Source: a virus (taxonomy: Duplodnaviria; Caudoviricetes). Taken from it: a DNA stretch of 35,317 nt. A program made the position numbers and the translations under genes. Within the stretch, counting starts at the first letter, position 1; every line of letters begins with the position of its first letter. Location of the stretch: IMG/VR virus record IMGVR_UViG_3300033067_001225, positions 1 to 35,317 of that record; one strand, given 5' to 3'. Under the pieces are notes generated by a model. It was not told the DNA's origin. It did not search any database and was given only the letters and a program-made list of their open reading frames with translations. Shown here piece by piece: positions 18,762-28,670 of this stretch.

Positions 18762-20234
18762 TTAGAAACCTGCTATTTTTTGCTTTTGTGTGATAACCTG
18801 TGTCCCCTTACCTTTAGATTGTATTGCTGATTTTTGTACTGATTTTTGCCCCAAAGGTTTATTAGCCGACATATTTGTTCCTGTTGGGGTAAGTGTTGTT
18901 AATGGGAAATCATCAACTACTCTTAATATTACAAGGTCATTACCTATTAACTTTATATAAACATCGTCAACTGACTTAATTGTATCATCTGCACTTTTTG
19001 CTTCTTTTAATACTACGTCTTTTTGCTGTTGATTTAATGAATTAACAGGGACTCCCCCTATAATAATTTTACCATCTTTTTTACTTATCATATGGGTGGG
19101 GTACTTACTTTGGTCTAAATGATCTTCTGCTATTTTTCTTAACGGATTATAAACATCAATTACGGGGACTTCGCTACCACCGACCTTTATATTAGTTACA
19201 TTTCGTATTTGCGTTGGTTTTGTTTCTACTACATCCTCCATACCTCCTAACCCTCTTGTTTTTAACTCATCATAAAGTATAGCTTTTGCTATATTGGATG
19301 CTTGGGTAGAATTAATATCAATTGGGTTTCCGTCAGCATCTTTATAGTCCTTTATGTGCTGCATCACTTGTCCCCTTACCCAATCTGCTGTACCGGGACT
19401 ATTTGCCATTATTGTTTTAAACAGATTGTCTTTTATCATTCTAACGGGGGCGGTTACAAATCCACCTTTACCATCTGGGAAATCGTGTAGTAATGGTTGT
19501 CCATTATCTGTTGCTTCATCATAAACAGGAACAAATTTTCTGTTATTTACTCCTTTAATATCAGTATCGGGAACTGCCCAATCGTAGGCATTTGTTTTTA
19601 CATTCTTTAGGTCATATCCTCCCCTTTCGTTATAATGCTTTACCTTATTTGAATTAACTACCCTTTGCTGACCTTTTAGCCATTCGTCAATTCCTTTATT
19701 TGTTGTTACATCGGTAGGGTTTGTTTTTATTGTTTCTGTAACATAGTCTACATTAGGATTTATCTCATCTAATGCTTTTCTTGTTCCATCCAGATTAAAA
19801 AAAGCATTTTTTCTTGCTAACATTTCTAATTTCATTTTATCATACCCTGCTGTTTCGGGAATATCTGAAAGACTATTTTTTATATTGGCACTTATGTTTT
19901 TTGCTGTAATCGCTCTTTGCGATATTTCCCCAACGATAGGTGCTAAAACAGATAATAACTGATCGTGGGTCATTCCTTTTTGAGCGGCTAATTGAGTTCC
20001 GTATATTAATGCACCATGTAATCCCTTTGTAGTTTCTACATCAGTAGGTGATCCGGATAAAAAATCTTTTGGATTAGTATAGTCTACTAAAAACTTAGCC
20101 ATAGAGGCTTGGTTAGCGGCAGCTTTATCTTTAGCTAACGCTTCACGTTGTTTGTTCCTTTCCAAGTCATTTGAAACTTGGTAAAGTCCTTCGTAATTGT
20201 TTACGGGTGCTACAAACCCCTTTAAGTCAAGCAT
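18762..20234 (-). CDS. Putative internal virion/ejection protein (middle cargo protein)
   Basis: 490 aa between the small hydrophobic cargo gene and the giant gene, the same arrangement as the T7 gp14-15-16 and P22 ejection trios. Confidence 0.6.
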   Translation of the reverse strand: MLDLKGFVAPVNNYEGLYQVSNDLERNKQREALAKDKAAANQASMAKFLVDYTNPKDFLSGSPTDVETTKGLHGALIYGTQLAAQKGMTHDQLLSVLAPIVGEISQRAITAKNISANIKNSLSDIPETAGYDKMKLEMLARKNAFFNLDGTRKALDEINPNVDYVTETIKTNPTDVTTNKGIDEWLKGQQRVVNSNKVKHYNERGGYDLKNVKTNAYDWAVPDTDIKGVNNRKFVPVYDEATDNGQPLLHDFPDGKGGFVTAPVRMIKDNLFKTIMANSPGTADWVRGQVMQHIKDYKDADGNPIDINSTQASNIAKAILYDELKTRGLGGMEDVVETKPTQIRNVTNIKVGGSEVPVIDVYNPLRKIAEDHLDQSKYPTHMISKKDGKIIIGGVPVNSLNQQQKDVVLKEAKSADDTIKSVDDVYIKLIGNDLVILRVVDDFPLTTLTPTGTNMSANKPLGQKSVQKSAIQSKGKGTQVITQKQKIAGF

Positions 20235-20243
20235 ATCTTTTAA

Positions 20244-20873
20244 TTATTTTTGCCACCAATTAGAACCCCTTCTTTGCCATTGCTGTTCCCTACCTATTGC
20301 GTTTCCTACTGCGTTTCCTCCCATTCCACTTGCTAACCCAAAATCACTTAAAGCCCACCCACCATTTGCAATATCCTGCCATCCGTTTGTTCTATTTTCG
20401 CTTTGTGCGCCTCTTATTTGCGTTTCATCCCCGAACCTCCTTAGTTTATCTTGAAATACCTTATCCTGCTCATTTATTAGTCCTTCCTGTGCGCTCACTT
20501 GGTTTCCATATCTCCTTTGATAATCTGCGGCTTCCTGTTGCCCTAAATTCTGAAAAGCTGCGTCTGCTCCCGCACCTATATTAGATGCTGCTGTAATGGC
20601 TTGGGATGCGTCTGTTGCCACTTTATTTACGTTGTTAAGGGAATTGGCTGCGTTGCCATAAATTCCCCGTTCTACAGCAATAGCCCCCGGCATACGGGCA
20701 TTTAGCAAAGTTGTTGCTAATCCTAACCTTTGTTTGGCTAATGGGTTTTCCGAATAAGTTGGGTCTTTAGCTAACAAAGTGTCCATTTCCCTGTTAGCCC
20801 TTCCCCTGCCAAATAATTTACCGATACTACCGATAAAACCTGCTCCAAGCCCAAGTAAACTTAATGGATTCAT
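20244..20873 (-). CDS. Putative small ejection/pilot protein
   Basis: 209 aa with a Gly-rich hydrophobic N-terminus (MNPLSLLGLGAGFIGSIGKLFG), an A/Q/N-rich coiled middle and a Gly-rich C-terminus. It directly follows the muzzle gene. Confidence 0.65.
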   Translation of the reverse strand: MNPLSLLGLGAGFIGSIGKLFGRGRANREMDTLLAKDPTYSENPLAKQRLGLATTLLNARMPGAIAVERGIYGNAANSLNNVNKVATDASQAITAASNIGAGADAAFQNLGQQEAADYQRRYGNQVSAQEGLINEQDKVFQDKLRRFGDETQIRGAQSENRTNGWQDIANGGWALSDFGLASGMGGNAVGNAIGREQQWQRRGSNWWQK

Positions 20874-20885
20874 AGTATTAAAATT

Positions 20886-23800
20886 TTATTTTTTCATCCA
20901 ATTTTCGTGTCCAAGTGAAGGTTCAAATCCAATGTTTAAAAACTTCAATTCTATTGGGTTTGTTCCTACTGTAAATTCAATTAAAATATACATTGCCACA
21001 TTCCTCATTTTCTCCCCTGTCAATAACCCTGTTGTAACAAATCCTGTTGCTGTTGGGATAAGTTTATTCCTATAAAAATTAGCGTACCATATTCCTTCCC
21101 TGTTTTCAAAATCAAAATCTACAAGGTCTGTTGATTGTTGAACGGGATAATCATTATACGCATATACAAATGTAGGACAAATATTTACTTCTAATGAAAT
21201 GTTATTATAAGACTTGGGAACTGTTGGGATAAGGTTGGAAATAGGCATAATCTTAGACTTGTATTGAACCCCGTAAAAGTTGCAATAATTTGTCGTTTGG
21301 TTATGTATCCATAACTGCCCATTCTTAAAAGAATAAAGGTCATTGTTCATGGTAACAAAACCTTCGGTGTAGAATGTATATGCTCCCTGCCAATGGTTAG
21401 GATTAGCGTCTAAACTATATACTATTACTTTTTCTTGTAGGTCATAAATATCAAATGGGTAAATTGTGCTTGGGTAATCGGGAAGATACCCTTTAGGCGG
21501 TACGCTTGATAATTTAGGAATTGAAATTAGAAGTTCATTATGTACGCTATCAACAGCCATGAATACAAAAGGTCTTCCCCCTAATGCTTCTATTTGTGCG
21601 CTTGTCATGGACTTATACTGCTTACACCATAAGTTCCAAAACCTTGTCATTTTGTAATTGGAAATAGGGAACAAGCCATTTACGCTATATTGAATAATCC
21701 TCCCGTTATTTACGTCAATCCAAAATACCATCCCCCTGTATTCTGTTACACTTTCGGGATTTATTGTGCCATAATCTCCCTTTAAAATATTTACTGTTCC
21801 TATTACATTCTGAACGGTATTTACGGATGCGGGTCGTTGGTCTGAACCGTATGTTTGAACTTCACCTAAATAAAGGGATGCGGTCTGTTGTTCAGCAATA
21901 GCTAACATAATATTCCCTTGTTCCTGAACCTTACTTGTGGGTTGTAGTTTTCTCAAAGTTCCCATGCTTAACGGGAGCAGTTTTTCATTTTCAGCATCAA
22001 ATGTGCTTAACCCATTAGTATTACTTCCCTCAATGATTGTATTGCTCCACTTTACAGATGTTTCTTTTACAACTCTCCCCAATGATGTAACTATATTTTC
22101 TTCCCCATAAATACCAAACCAATTTTTCCAAAGGTTATCATTGGGGGACATAGATTCTGACCAGTACCCATAAATGCTTGGAGAATAGAAAAAACGATAC
22201 CCAAACGTAACATCACCTGTAATATTAAATCCTGTTGTACCATATTGACGGATACTTGTGGTGGGATTATTAACTACCCCAACACCTCCAACGGTATAGA
22301 AAAATTCATTCCCGCTTGAAATATATGGGGTATAATATTCTACCAAAATAAGATCAACTAAACTTGTAGTTGTTCCTATATCAATTGGGTTGCAAATTAT
22401 ATAATCTGCGTCTTGAGCTACTACTGCAAGAGAAAATGGTGCTGTTGATAACCCGCTTAAATATACCCTCACAAAGTCCCCCTGTTCAAACTTAACTCCC
22501 ATCCCGTTCAATGTAAGATTAGATGTCTTGAAAGCTAATCCAAAAAGTCCCCCAACATAAGTATTTTGATAGGTATAAGTACCATTTACATTTTTAATTA
22601 CATACTGCACATCCCCGCTTCTCATAGCCCATTCAGCAAAAAATCTTGTCCTTAAATTTTTTGTTATAAGTATATCATAGTAGTATGCCCAATCGGGAAT
22701 TTCTGCGAGTGCATTTGTATTAGATAGTGTTGCGGAAAGTAAATTATAAAATGATGTAGCATTATTATAATCCCCTCTGTCTGGAATAGTTACTATACTC
22801 TGTACTGCGTCTGTAACTACTCCGCAAGCCCTTTTATACTTATCCCTAAACCTTATTCCTAATTGATAAGTACTCCAACTTTTAAATATTTGAGAACCTT
22901 CTTGAATACCACCGGAAAGGCTTACAGAACCACGCAAAGATGTTGTTGCAGGGGTGTCATACCCTATCGTATTATTTCCTAAAAAATTTCTGTCTAACCC
23001 TAATCCACCTGTACCTGAAAGATTAGGGACGGTATCAAACGGCTTTGCCGATACCAATGTACCTGCCGGACTTCCTGTTTTATCATTATAAAAAAAGTAT
23101 GTTAATGCACCGCCTGCATTGTATGCGTTTATTTCGGCAAGATCAGCAGCATTTGATTTGTCCCATACTTTTAAAACAAAATAATCGGGTTGGTTGTCGT
23201 ATCTAACGGCAAGCTCAAACCTTTGTACGTCCTGTTCTATATCGAAACCATTTTGCCATTGTAGGGTTACAGTTATCCTATTACTATTATCATAATTTGT
23301 TTGGGAAGGGTTTGTTCCGAAGCGATAGTTAACCATTACAGATGGTGTACCAAAAACACTTGTTTGCCCATCCCTAAAATTATTTCTATATGCAAATTCC
23401 CCCGCAAAATCCCTTAAAAAGTTCTGCCTTGAAGGTATGGTTTGAAAGGTAAGGCTTGGGGGACGTTGTGGAGCATATCTTATTAAAGTAATTACCGATT
23501 GTGCTATTGGACTTGTATAAGGTGCTACATCCGTAACAAATGACGGGTAGTTTAACTTAATTGCCGCATCTACATTTATACATTTGGGGTCAGTATAATT
23601 ATCAGTCCAAAATAATAAATTCCCTTCCATCCATGATTGTATAGGATAGTTTTTATTAAAATTTAGATTTCCTGTTACTTGCCCATCAAATGTAACTACA
23701 TAGGTGTTTCCCGTGGAACGATAATAGGCTACTATTTTATTACTGTTTGTATTAAGTGTGTCATAAAGAAAATAAATTATTCTATTATTTGGGGAATCGG

Positions 23801-24023
23801 CATAACTTCCTAATTCTATCGTATCTGTTTGAGCATCTACTGATACCTGTAAGTTACTGGCAACACTTTCCATTGTTCCCGTAACACCTTTATCCGTACT
23901 CCCGCTTCTTAAGTTTTCACAATTTACATAGGAATTTAAGGGAATAGCAAAAGCGGAATCGTCAGAATTTAGCCCAAATCCTGACTGTTCGTCTGCGAAG
24001 TATTTTTTTTCTTGTTCTAACAT
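20886..24023 (-). CDS. Tail stabilisation / muzzle (nozzle) protein, P22 gp10 / T7 gp12-like
   Basis: 1045 aa, beta-rich. Motifs GLNSDDS, LLFWTDNYTDPKCIN, YGTINPESV, YSFKNGQLWIHN, NFYGVQY and ENREGIWYA match the crAss-like stabilisation protein pattern as I recall it. Confidence 0.8.
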   Translation of the reverse strand: MLEQEKKYFADEQSGFGLNSDDSAFAIPLNSYVNCENLRSGSTDKGVTGTMESVASNLQVSVDAQTDTIELGSYADSPNNRIIYFLYDTLNTNSNKIVAYYRSTGNTYVVTFDGQVTGNLNFNKNYPIQSWMEGNLLFWTDNYTDPKCINVDAAIKLNYPSFVTDVAPYTSPIAQSVITLIRYAPQRPPSLTFQTIPSRQNFLRDFAGEFAYRNNFRDGQTSVFGTPSVMVNYRFGTNPSQTNYDNSNRITVTLQWQNGFDIEQDVQRFELAVRYDNQPDYFVLKVWDKSNAADLAEINAYNAGGALTYFFYNDKTGSPAGTLVSAKPFDTVPNLSGTGGLGLDRNFLGNNTIGYDTPATTSLRGSVSLSGGIQEGSQIFKSWSTYQLGIRFRDKYKRACGVVTDAVQSIVTIPDRGDYNNATSFYNLLSATLSNTNALAEIPDWAYYYDILITKNLRTRFFAEWAMRSGDVQYVIKNVNGTYTYQNTYVGGLFGLAFKTSNLTLNGMGVKFEQGDFVRVYLSGLSTAPFSLAVVAQDADYIICNPIDIGTTTSLVDLILVEYYTPYISSGNEFFYTVGGVGVVNNPTTSIRQYGTTGFNITGDVTFGYRFFYSPSIYGYWSESMSPNDNLWKNWFGIYGEENIVTSLGRVVKETSVKWSNTIIEGSNTNGLSTFDAENEKLLPLSMGTLRKLQPTSKVQEQGNIMLAIAEQQTASLYLGEVQTYGSDQRPASVNTVQNVIGTVNILKGDYGTINPESVTEYRGMVFWIDVNNGRIIQYSVNGLFPISNYKMTRFWNLWCKQYKSMTSAQIEALGGRPFVFMAVDSVHNELLISIPKLSSVPPKGYLPDYPSTIYPFDIYDLQEKVIVYSLDANPNHWQGAYTFYTEGFVTMNNDLYSFKNGQLWIHNQTTNYCNFYGVQYKSKIMPISNLIPTVPKSYNNISLEVNICPTFVYAYNDYPVQQSTDLVDFDFENREGIWYANFYRNKLIPTATGFVTTGLLTGEKMRNVAMYILIEFTVGTNPIELKFLNIGFEPSLGHENWMKK

Positions 24024-24278
24024 TTATGCTATTTCTTCTGAATAAAAAATATGTTGTTCATCAATCTTGATATAGACATAGTTTGAATATCCTATTTTCT
24101 GTTGGAATTGTGGGTTGTAAGCCACATTTTCCCCTACCGTATATAAATCTGATGTTTCATAAATCTTTACTATCCTGCCAAAATTAACGCTACTGTCTGG
24201 AACTCCATCTAATGAACTTCCCCCCGCAATAATTAAAACGCAGGGTTTTGGCAATATTATTGAATCAATTAATGCCAT
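24024..24278 (-). CDS. Small protein with possible GroES-like fold
   Basis: 84 aa. PKPCVLI...FGRIVKI...YTVGENVAY...YIKIDEQHIF parallels the GroES pattern (P..DRVLV...G.VVAV...VKVGD.V.Y...YLIL.E.DIL). Confidence 0.45.
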   Translation of the reverse strand: MALIDSIILPKPCVLIIAGGSSLDGVPDSSVNFGRIVKIYETSDLYTVGENVAYNPQFQQKIGYSNYVYIKIDEQHIFYSEEIA

Positions 24279-24279
24279 T

Positions 24280-24567
24280 TCAAGAAATAGTTAAATAATA
24301 ATCAATTTCCACGTTTGTTACAATTAATATCTGTGCTAACTTGGGAACTATTATATCTGTTTCCTGATAGGCTGAACTTCCCGCACTTCCCATTGCTGCA
24401 AGGTTAAAAGAAAACATATACCTATCTGTTCCCGATACAACCACACCTACTTTTACAATTCCCGCACCACCTGTTTTATTATATAAGGACAAACACTTTA
24501 AGGTACAGGGAATATTAATCGATGTACTCTTTATAGAACCGTTTGTTGTTCCCGATATAACACTCAT
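24280..24567 (-). CDS. Small beta-rich putative virion protein
   Basis: 95 aa, translationally coupled, within the tail cluster. Confidence 0.6.
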   Translation of the reverse strand: MSVISGTTNGSIKSTSINIPCTLKCLSLYNKTGGAGIVKVGVVVSGTDRYMFSFNLAAMGSAGSSAYQETDIIVPKLAQILIVTNVEIDYYLTIS

Positions 24568-24815
24568 TAGCTTCCAAAAATTGAATTAAGCAAAACAAGG
24601 GCTGTACTCATTGTTGCGGGTGTCTGTGAGTTTACTCTCAAATCAGTAAGGGCTATGTAATAACTATCTCCGTCAATAGTTAAGTTAATCCCATCCGCAG
24701 TACCATTAGGATTCCATTTAGCCCCTGCAACTGCTGTTGCTGCATAATACTTTGCTTGTCCTGTTGTTTGAGTTATACTAAGTACTCCCGAAACTTTTAC
24801 TAAACTTATTGCCAT
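24567..24815 (-). CDS. Small putative virion protein
   Basis: 82 aa, S/T/A/G-rich, with a TAATG overlap to the next gene, within the tail cluster. Confidence 0.6.
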   Translation of the reverse strand: MAISLVKVSGVLSITQTTGQAKYYAATAVAGAKWNPNGTADGINLTIDGDSYYIALTDLRVNSQTPATMSTALVLLNSIFGS

Positions 24816-24834
24816 ATCATTTAATTTTTAATTA

Positions 24835-25602
24835 TCAATTCTTAGGTGCTGCGAAATACGAATTTCTAATGGTATTCAAAATATCTACGATTGTAACGTC
24901 ATTTAACCTTGCTCTCAATAGCCTACGTTGGTTATACCATGCTCTCCCTTCGGGAGAATTTTCATCATTTGCATTTTTACTCCTTTTCCATTCTTGAAAA
25001 CTTCTTATAGCTTGGAACGCTAATGTATCTACCTGCGTTGCATTGTCAATCGACTGCCCATCAGAGATATAACTTAGTATCACATTGCCACCAATAAAAT
25101 TATCGGTAAGCTGTATTTGTCGCCTTTCTTTTACTAACTTATATCCTTGCTGTGTTCCCCCTTGTGAACCATAAAAACGACCTGTTGGTTCTCCCCAATC
25201 ATTCACATTCCAAAACCAATTAAACGCACCATAGAACCCAAAGAAATTATTATCATTTGTTTCTGTTTCTACTAACTGTGCGTTTGATGTATTCGGTACA
25301 AACTGCCCCGTTGTAGTGCTGTGTATTCGTATGCGGCTTAGTGCATCTTGTTTTGGTATTGGGCTTACTGAACCCCCTAATCCAATTCCTACGCCAATAT
25401 CATCTACGAAGTCGTCAGGTAAGTCTATTGCGCCATAATCATCAATCGGTAAGTTTGCTGTATTAATTATCTTCAATGTATCATAGGATAGTTCCCGTAT
25501 AGCAGTAGAACCATGAAACAAAAGTTCAGCGTAGTAGTGTATAGGAAGTCCATCTTCCAATAATCCCCTTCTTACAATTTGATCCAGCGTTGTAAAAATC
25601 AT
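24835..25602 (-). CDS. Tail tubular/ring protein (head-tail adaptor, P22 gp4 / T7 gp11-like)
   Basis: 255 aa with an N-terminal helices + IDLPDDFV motif and a VILSYIS strand. It is the ring gene closest to the muzzle gene. Confidence 0.7.
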   Translation of the reverse strand: MIFTTLDQIVRRGLLEDGLPIHYYAELLFHGSTAIRELSYDTLKIINTANLPIDDYGAIDLPDDFVDDIGVGIGLGGSVSPIPKQDALSRIRIHSTTTGQFVPNTSNAQLVETETNDNNFFGFYGAFNWFWNVNDWGEPTGRFYGSQGGTQQGYKLVKERRQIQLTDNFIGGNVILSYISDGQSIDNATQVDTLAFQAIRSFQEWKRSKNANDENSPEGRAWYNQRRLLRARLNDVTIVDILNTIRNSYFAAPKN

Positions 25603-26291
25603 TACGTTTGTTTTTGTTCTTTAACGGGAATATTCTGTTGTTGTTTCGTAGTGCTGTCCATTAACATATCTGCTACTCCAACCCCTGAATAAAGTTTAAT
25701 TACTTCTTGTTTTATTTGCCAAGTTTGTTCGGGAAGCAATGGCAACAAATCAAAATCTCCGTACTGTGAAACATCCATTATTACAAGGCGCATAGCTAAT
25801 ACTACATCGGGAAATAATGACTTAATATCTTTTGTAAAAATCAGCTTGTCCCCGAAACAATCATATCCTACTTGTCCTAATAAATCATTTATCATTGGTT
25901 GTGATTTTATCAATCCACCTTGTCCCATTTGTAGGGGTATAAACTCTTTATCATACTCATAGTTGCTGTCGTTTGTATAGCGGGGATAAACTGCGAATAT
26001 GCCCATATTTCGGGGTAATTTCAATGGCTTAATGGGTAATGAGCATTGGCTTTTCCCGTTGCTGCTAACCACTTCTATCCCTTCGTACATACCCAATACA
26101 GAACCATTGGGGATTTTTTCTCCCATCTTTTCATTAACTGAAAAATGCTCAATTTTTAAAAGTTGGTTTATTACTTCCCCTACGGATAATTTTATTTCAT
26201 CCATAGCCACATTGGTAGCGTTTTGGATGTTACCACCTGACAGAACTTTTAGGATTTCCTCACTTATAGAATATATCGTAGGTAATGCCAT
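25602..26291 (-). CDS. Tail ring protein
   Basis: 229 aa, coupled to its neighbours. It has a helical N-terminus, a LPIKPLKLP motif and a C-terminal PLLPEQTWQIKQEVI helix, consistent with crAss-like ring paralogues. Confidence 0.6.
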   Translation of the reverse strand: MALPTIYSISEEILKVLSGGNIQNATNVAMDEIKLSVGEVINQLLKIEHFSVNEKMGEKIPNGSVLGMYEGIEVVSSNGKSQCSLPIKPLKLPRNMGIFAVYPRYTNDSNYEYDKEFIPLQMGQGGLIKSQPMINDLLGQVGYDCFGDKLIFTKDIKSLFPDVVLAMRLVIMDVSQYGDFDLLPLLPEQTWQIKQEVIKLYSGVGVADMLMDSTTKQQQNIPVKEQKQT

Positions 26292-26292
26292 T

Positions 26293-26964
26293 CTATAACA
26301 TATTTACTGATTGGTAATTGGATTCTGTTTTAAGTTGAGCATAGTTTATAACTTCACTATCTGTAAGGTTAATACCTATACTGGACAAGGCTTTTATAAG
26401 TATAGCGTTTTGCCATGTTTCCTCCCATTCTAATTGTACTGATGTATTTGGGTCATAGACAATAACCCTTCCCGAAATAACTGTATATCCAAAAACAGGG
26501 GCTATTGGTCGCCTCAAATAAGTTATTGTTCCGTTATATGTGGATGCAGGGTAAAGCCTGAATGTTTTTTGGCTTATTTGCTCCCCAACAGGACTTGTTA
26601 CCGTAGCGGGACTTACTTGTGAATTTAATCTATAAGATAATGTATCATCATTAGCTAAATCAACCCCGTAATAAACAGTTCTATTACTAATTTGAAAGTA
26701 AATTTGTATTGAGGAAAGGTTTAAATACCTTGTGTCGGGGACGATTATATACCCTGAAACCTGTGTAGTAAAATTGTAAATCTCTTTGAACGGGGAAAGG
26801 GCATCTTTTATTCTTTGAGAAGTTGCGTATTTCGGCTGTAAATCTTCGTACAATGACATTTGTCCTCTATCCACAAGCAAAGTCAACTCATCGATGGTAT
26901 AGTAAGCACCGCTTTTTTTATTGATCCAAAATTGTAGAAAGTCAAAGCATTGGGAAATGTTCAT
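26293..26964 (-). CDS. Tail ring protein
   Basis: 223 aa. The N-terminal INKKSGAYYTIDELTLLVDRGQ and ITYLRRPIAPVFGY...SVQLEW motifs fit crAss-like tail tubular proteins. Confidence 0.7.
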   Translation of the reverse strand: MNISQCFDFLQFWINKKSGAYYTIDELTLLVDRGQMSLYEDLQPKYATSQRIKDALSPFKEIYNFTTQVSGYIIVPDTRYLNLSSIQIYFQISNRTVYYGVDLANDDTLSYRLNSQVSPATVTSPVGEQISQKTFRLYPASTYNGTITYLRRPIAPVFGYTVISGRVIVYDPNTSVQLEWEETWQNAILIKALSSIGINLTDSEVINYAQLKTESNYQSVNML

Positions 26965-27006
26965 TTCTTACCAAAAGTTTCCCGAAAATACTACTTATTT
27001 TGAATT

Positions 27007-27666
27007 TTATTGAATAATTTCTAAATATTCGTGATTTTTTTCTTCTTTGCCTAATATTTGGTGTTGTTGTAGTATGCAAAAAGGCTTTCCTTTTATTTGG
27101 TATTTTTGGGCATACTTTGGATTAAAATATACATATTCCCCTTTCTGTGCATCAATATTGGTAAGGTTTTCACGGGAATTACCGATATACATTATTTGAC
27201 ATTTTTGGGGTTCTCTTACCCTCTTTTGCTCTGCGGGAACATATATCATCATTTCTTCAAAATGCTCTACCATCACATAACCATTAATCATTATAATTTC
27301 CCCGTCCCTTATTACCCCGTAAATATGCCTTATATGTGCTACAAAGTATTCGTTCCCTTCATACCACAATCTGTTTCTGTATATCGGGTCTGCATTAGGT
27401 TCTTTCTGAACAAGGTCATAAATAACTTGGTAGCTGAATATGGCTGTATCTCCCACACGAATATCCTTTAATGAAAATCCTTTTAAATCTTCTTGGTTTG
27501 TTATTGTTTTTGGAAGGGAAATAACCTCACCTACTATCGAAACAAAATCTGCCGGGTTTACTGAACTTAAGTTTTGTATAGCTGCCCTCTTTAGCATATC
27601 TGTTATATTTCTTGTGTACTTTGTTGTTGGTAGCACTATTAAATTATTATCTGGAGCTTGTATCAT
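27007..27666 (-). CDS. Tandem GroES-like (co-chaperonin) protein
   Basis: 219 aa with two GroES-like units: APDNNLIV...GEVISLP...IRVGDTAIF, and INGYVMVE...IMYIG...QKGEYVYF...IKGKPFCILQQHQILG. Confidence 0.6.
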   Translation of the reverse strand: MIQAPDNNLIVLPTTKYTRNITDMLKRAAIQNLSSVNPADFVSIVGEVISLPKTITNQEDLKGFSLKDIRVGDTAIFSYQVIYDLVQKEPNADPIYRNRLWYEGNEYFVAHIRHIYGVIRDGEIIMINGYVMVEHFEEMMIYVPAEQKRVREPQKCQIMYIGNSRENLTNIDAQKGEYVYFNPKYAQKYQIKGKPFCILQQHQILGKEEKNHEYLEIIQ

Positions 27667-27670
27667 ATAA

Positions 27671-28237
27671 TTAAATTGATAGTAATTTATCTATTAAATC
27701 TTTATGTTTATTGTAAGTTTTTACCCACTTATGTATAGAAGCGGAATTTCTACCTACCATCCTGCTTATTTGCTCTTTGTTGTACTTTCCTGTATTGTAT
27801 AACCTGAATATTTTTATATACATATTTTTAGGATATTTACAAGACGGTCTTTCCCATCCAAAAGGAACTCTATTTACTAATCCATCTCTTATTGAATCCG
27901 CTATATTTTCCTTGTGAGTACCCCACCTCAAATTAAGATAATGGTTATCGTGTTTTATGTTATTTTTATGAAGAACCTCAACTGGATAACTTGGTTTTTT
28001 ATGAAAAGTTGTAGCTACTAAAACATGAACCAACCATGTTTTAGGTTTTTTATCTTTATATAACGAAACCAGTAAATACCTACTTGATTTATTAGGCTTT
28101 AATATCCGACCCTTTCTTAGAACCTTGTTGCCATACCTACCATTTACCCATTTATCTACACTTTTTATGTTTCCAAAGGTTGAGGACTGATATAATCCTT
28201 CATAATTTGGTATGAATACCCATTTTTCTTTTTCCAT
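27671..28237 (-). CDS. NUMOD4-HNH homing endonuclease with C-terminal HTH (start revised from 28270 to 28237)
   Basis: NUMOD4 motif WVFIPNYEGLYQSSTFGNIKS, HNH motif VHVLVA...VLHKNNIKHDNHYLNLRW, and a C-terminal KEQISRMVGRNSASIHKWV helix-turn-helix. MEKEKW is the typical N-terminus of this family. Confidence 0.88.
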   Translation of the reverse strand: MEKEKWVFIPNYEGLYQSSTFGNIKSVDKWVNGRYGNKVLRKGRILKPNKSSRYLLVSLYKDKKPKTWLVHVLVATTFHKKPSYPVEVLHKNNIKHDNHYLNLRWGTHKENIADSIRDGLVNRVPFGWERPSCKYPKNMYIKIFRLYNTGKYNKEQISRMVGRNSASIHKWVKTYNKHKDLIDKLLSI

Positions 28238-28246
28238 AATAAAATA

Positions 28247-28345
28247 CCCCAAACATAGAAGGTTCATCATCTACACTATTAAGTGAAGGTGCATCTATGC
28301 TGGGGAATAAAATTATAAAAGTGATACATAATGTAAATGATGAAC
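28247..28345 (-). promoter_or_regulatory. Structured 5' leader of HNH gene (two interleaved inverted repeats)
   Basis: ccccaaacataga 28247-28259 pairs with tctatgctgggg 28294-28305. gttcatcatctaca 28262-28275 pairs with tgtaaatgatgaac 28332-28345 (13/14). Confidence 0.6.
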
Positions 28346-28349
28346 TATA

Positions 28350-28357
28350 CAAAAGTA
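28350..28357 (-). promoter_or_regulatory. Bacteroidota-type -7 promoter element TAnnTTTG
   Basis: Minus strand TACTTTTG, in the intergenic gap just upstream of the structured leader. No clear -33 TTTG is present. Confidence 0.45.
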
Positions 28358-28358
28358 G

Positions 28359-28670
28359 TTATTTTATTTTAAATTTTTGATATAGCTTTTCATTTTTTAA
28401 TATTATGTTATCGAGATACCATAAAGCCATACTGTCATATATTGTCTTTATTTCTTCCTGAATATCTTTATAGTTAGGTATCATATTCCCTCTTAGTGTA
28501 CCTTTAAATGTTACCCAAAAATTATATCCTGCTACGGGAGTATTTGCTAAAGCCCCTTCAATCGGGTAACCAACTAACTGTCCTATGAAATGAGGGAAAT
28601 CTCTTTGTAAAATAAAATACCCTAACACCCCATCATCAACCATTTCCCTATATACAATGTATGGAATCAT
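28359..28670 (-). CDS. Hypothetical protein
   Basis: 103 aa with an ATGA overlap to the upstream gene. Confidence 0.7.
   Translation of the reverse strand: MIPYIVYREMVDDGVLGYFILQRDFPHFIGQLVGYPIEGALANTPVAGYNFWVTFKGTLRGNMIPNYKDIQEEIKTIYDSMALWYLDNIILKNEKLYQKFKIK

Noticed and set aside
28238-28270. Longer N-terminus MMNLLCLGYFI for the HNH gene, as in the ORF track
   Set aside because: The extension overlaps the structured leader. NUMOD4 proteins normally begin a few residues before the first Trp, which fits Met 28237.
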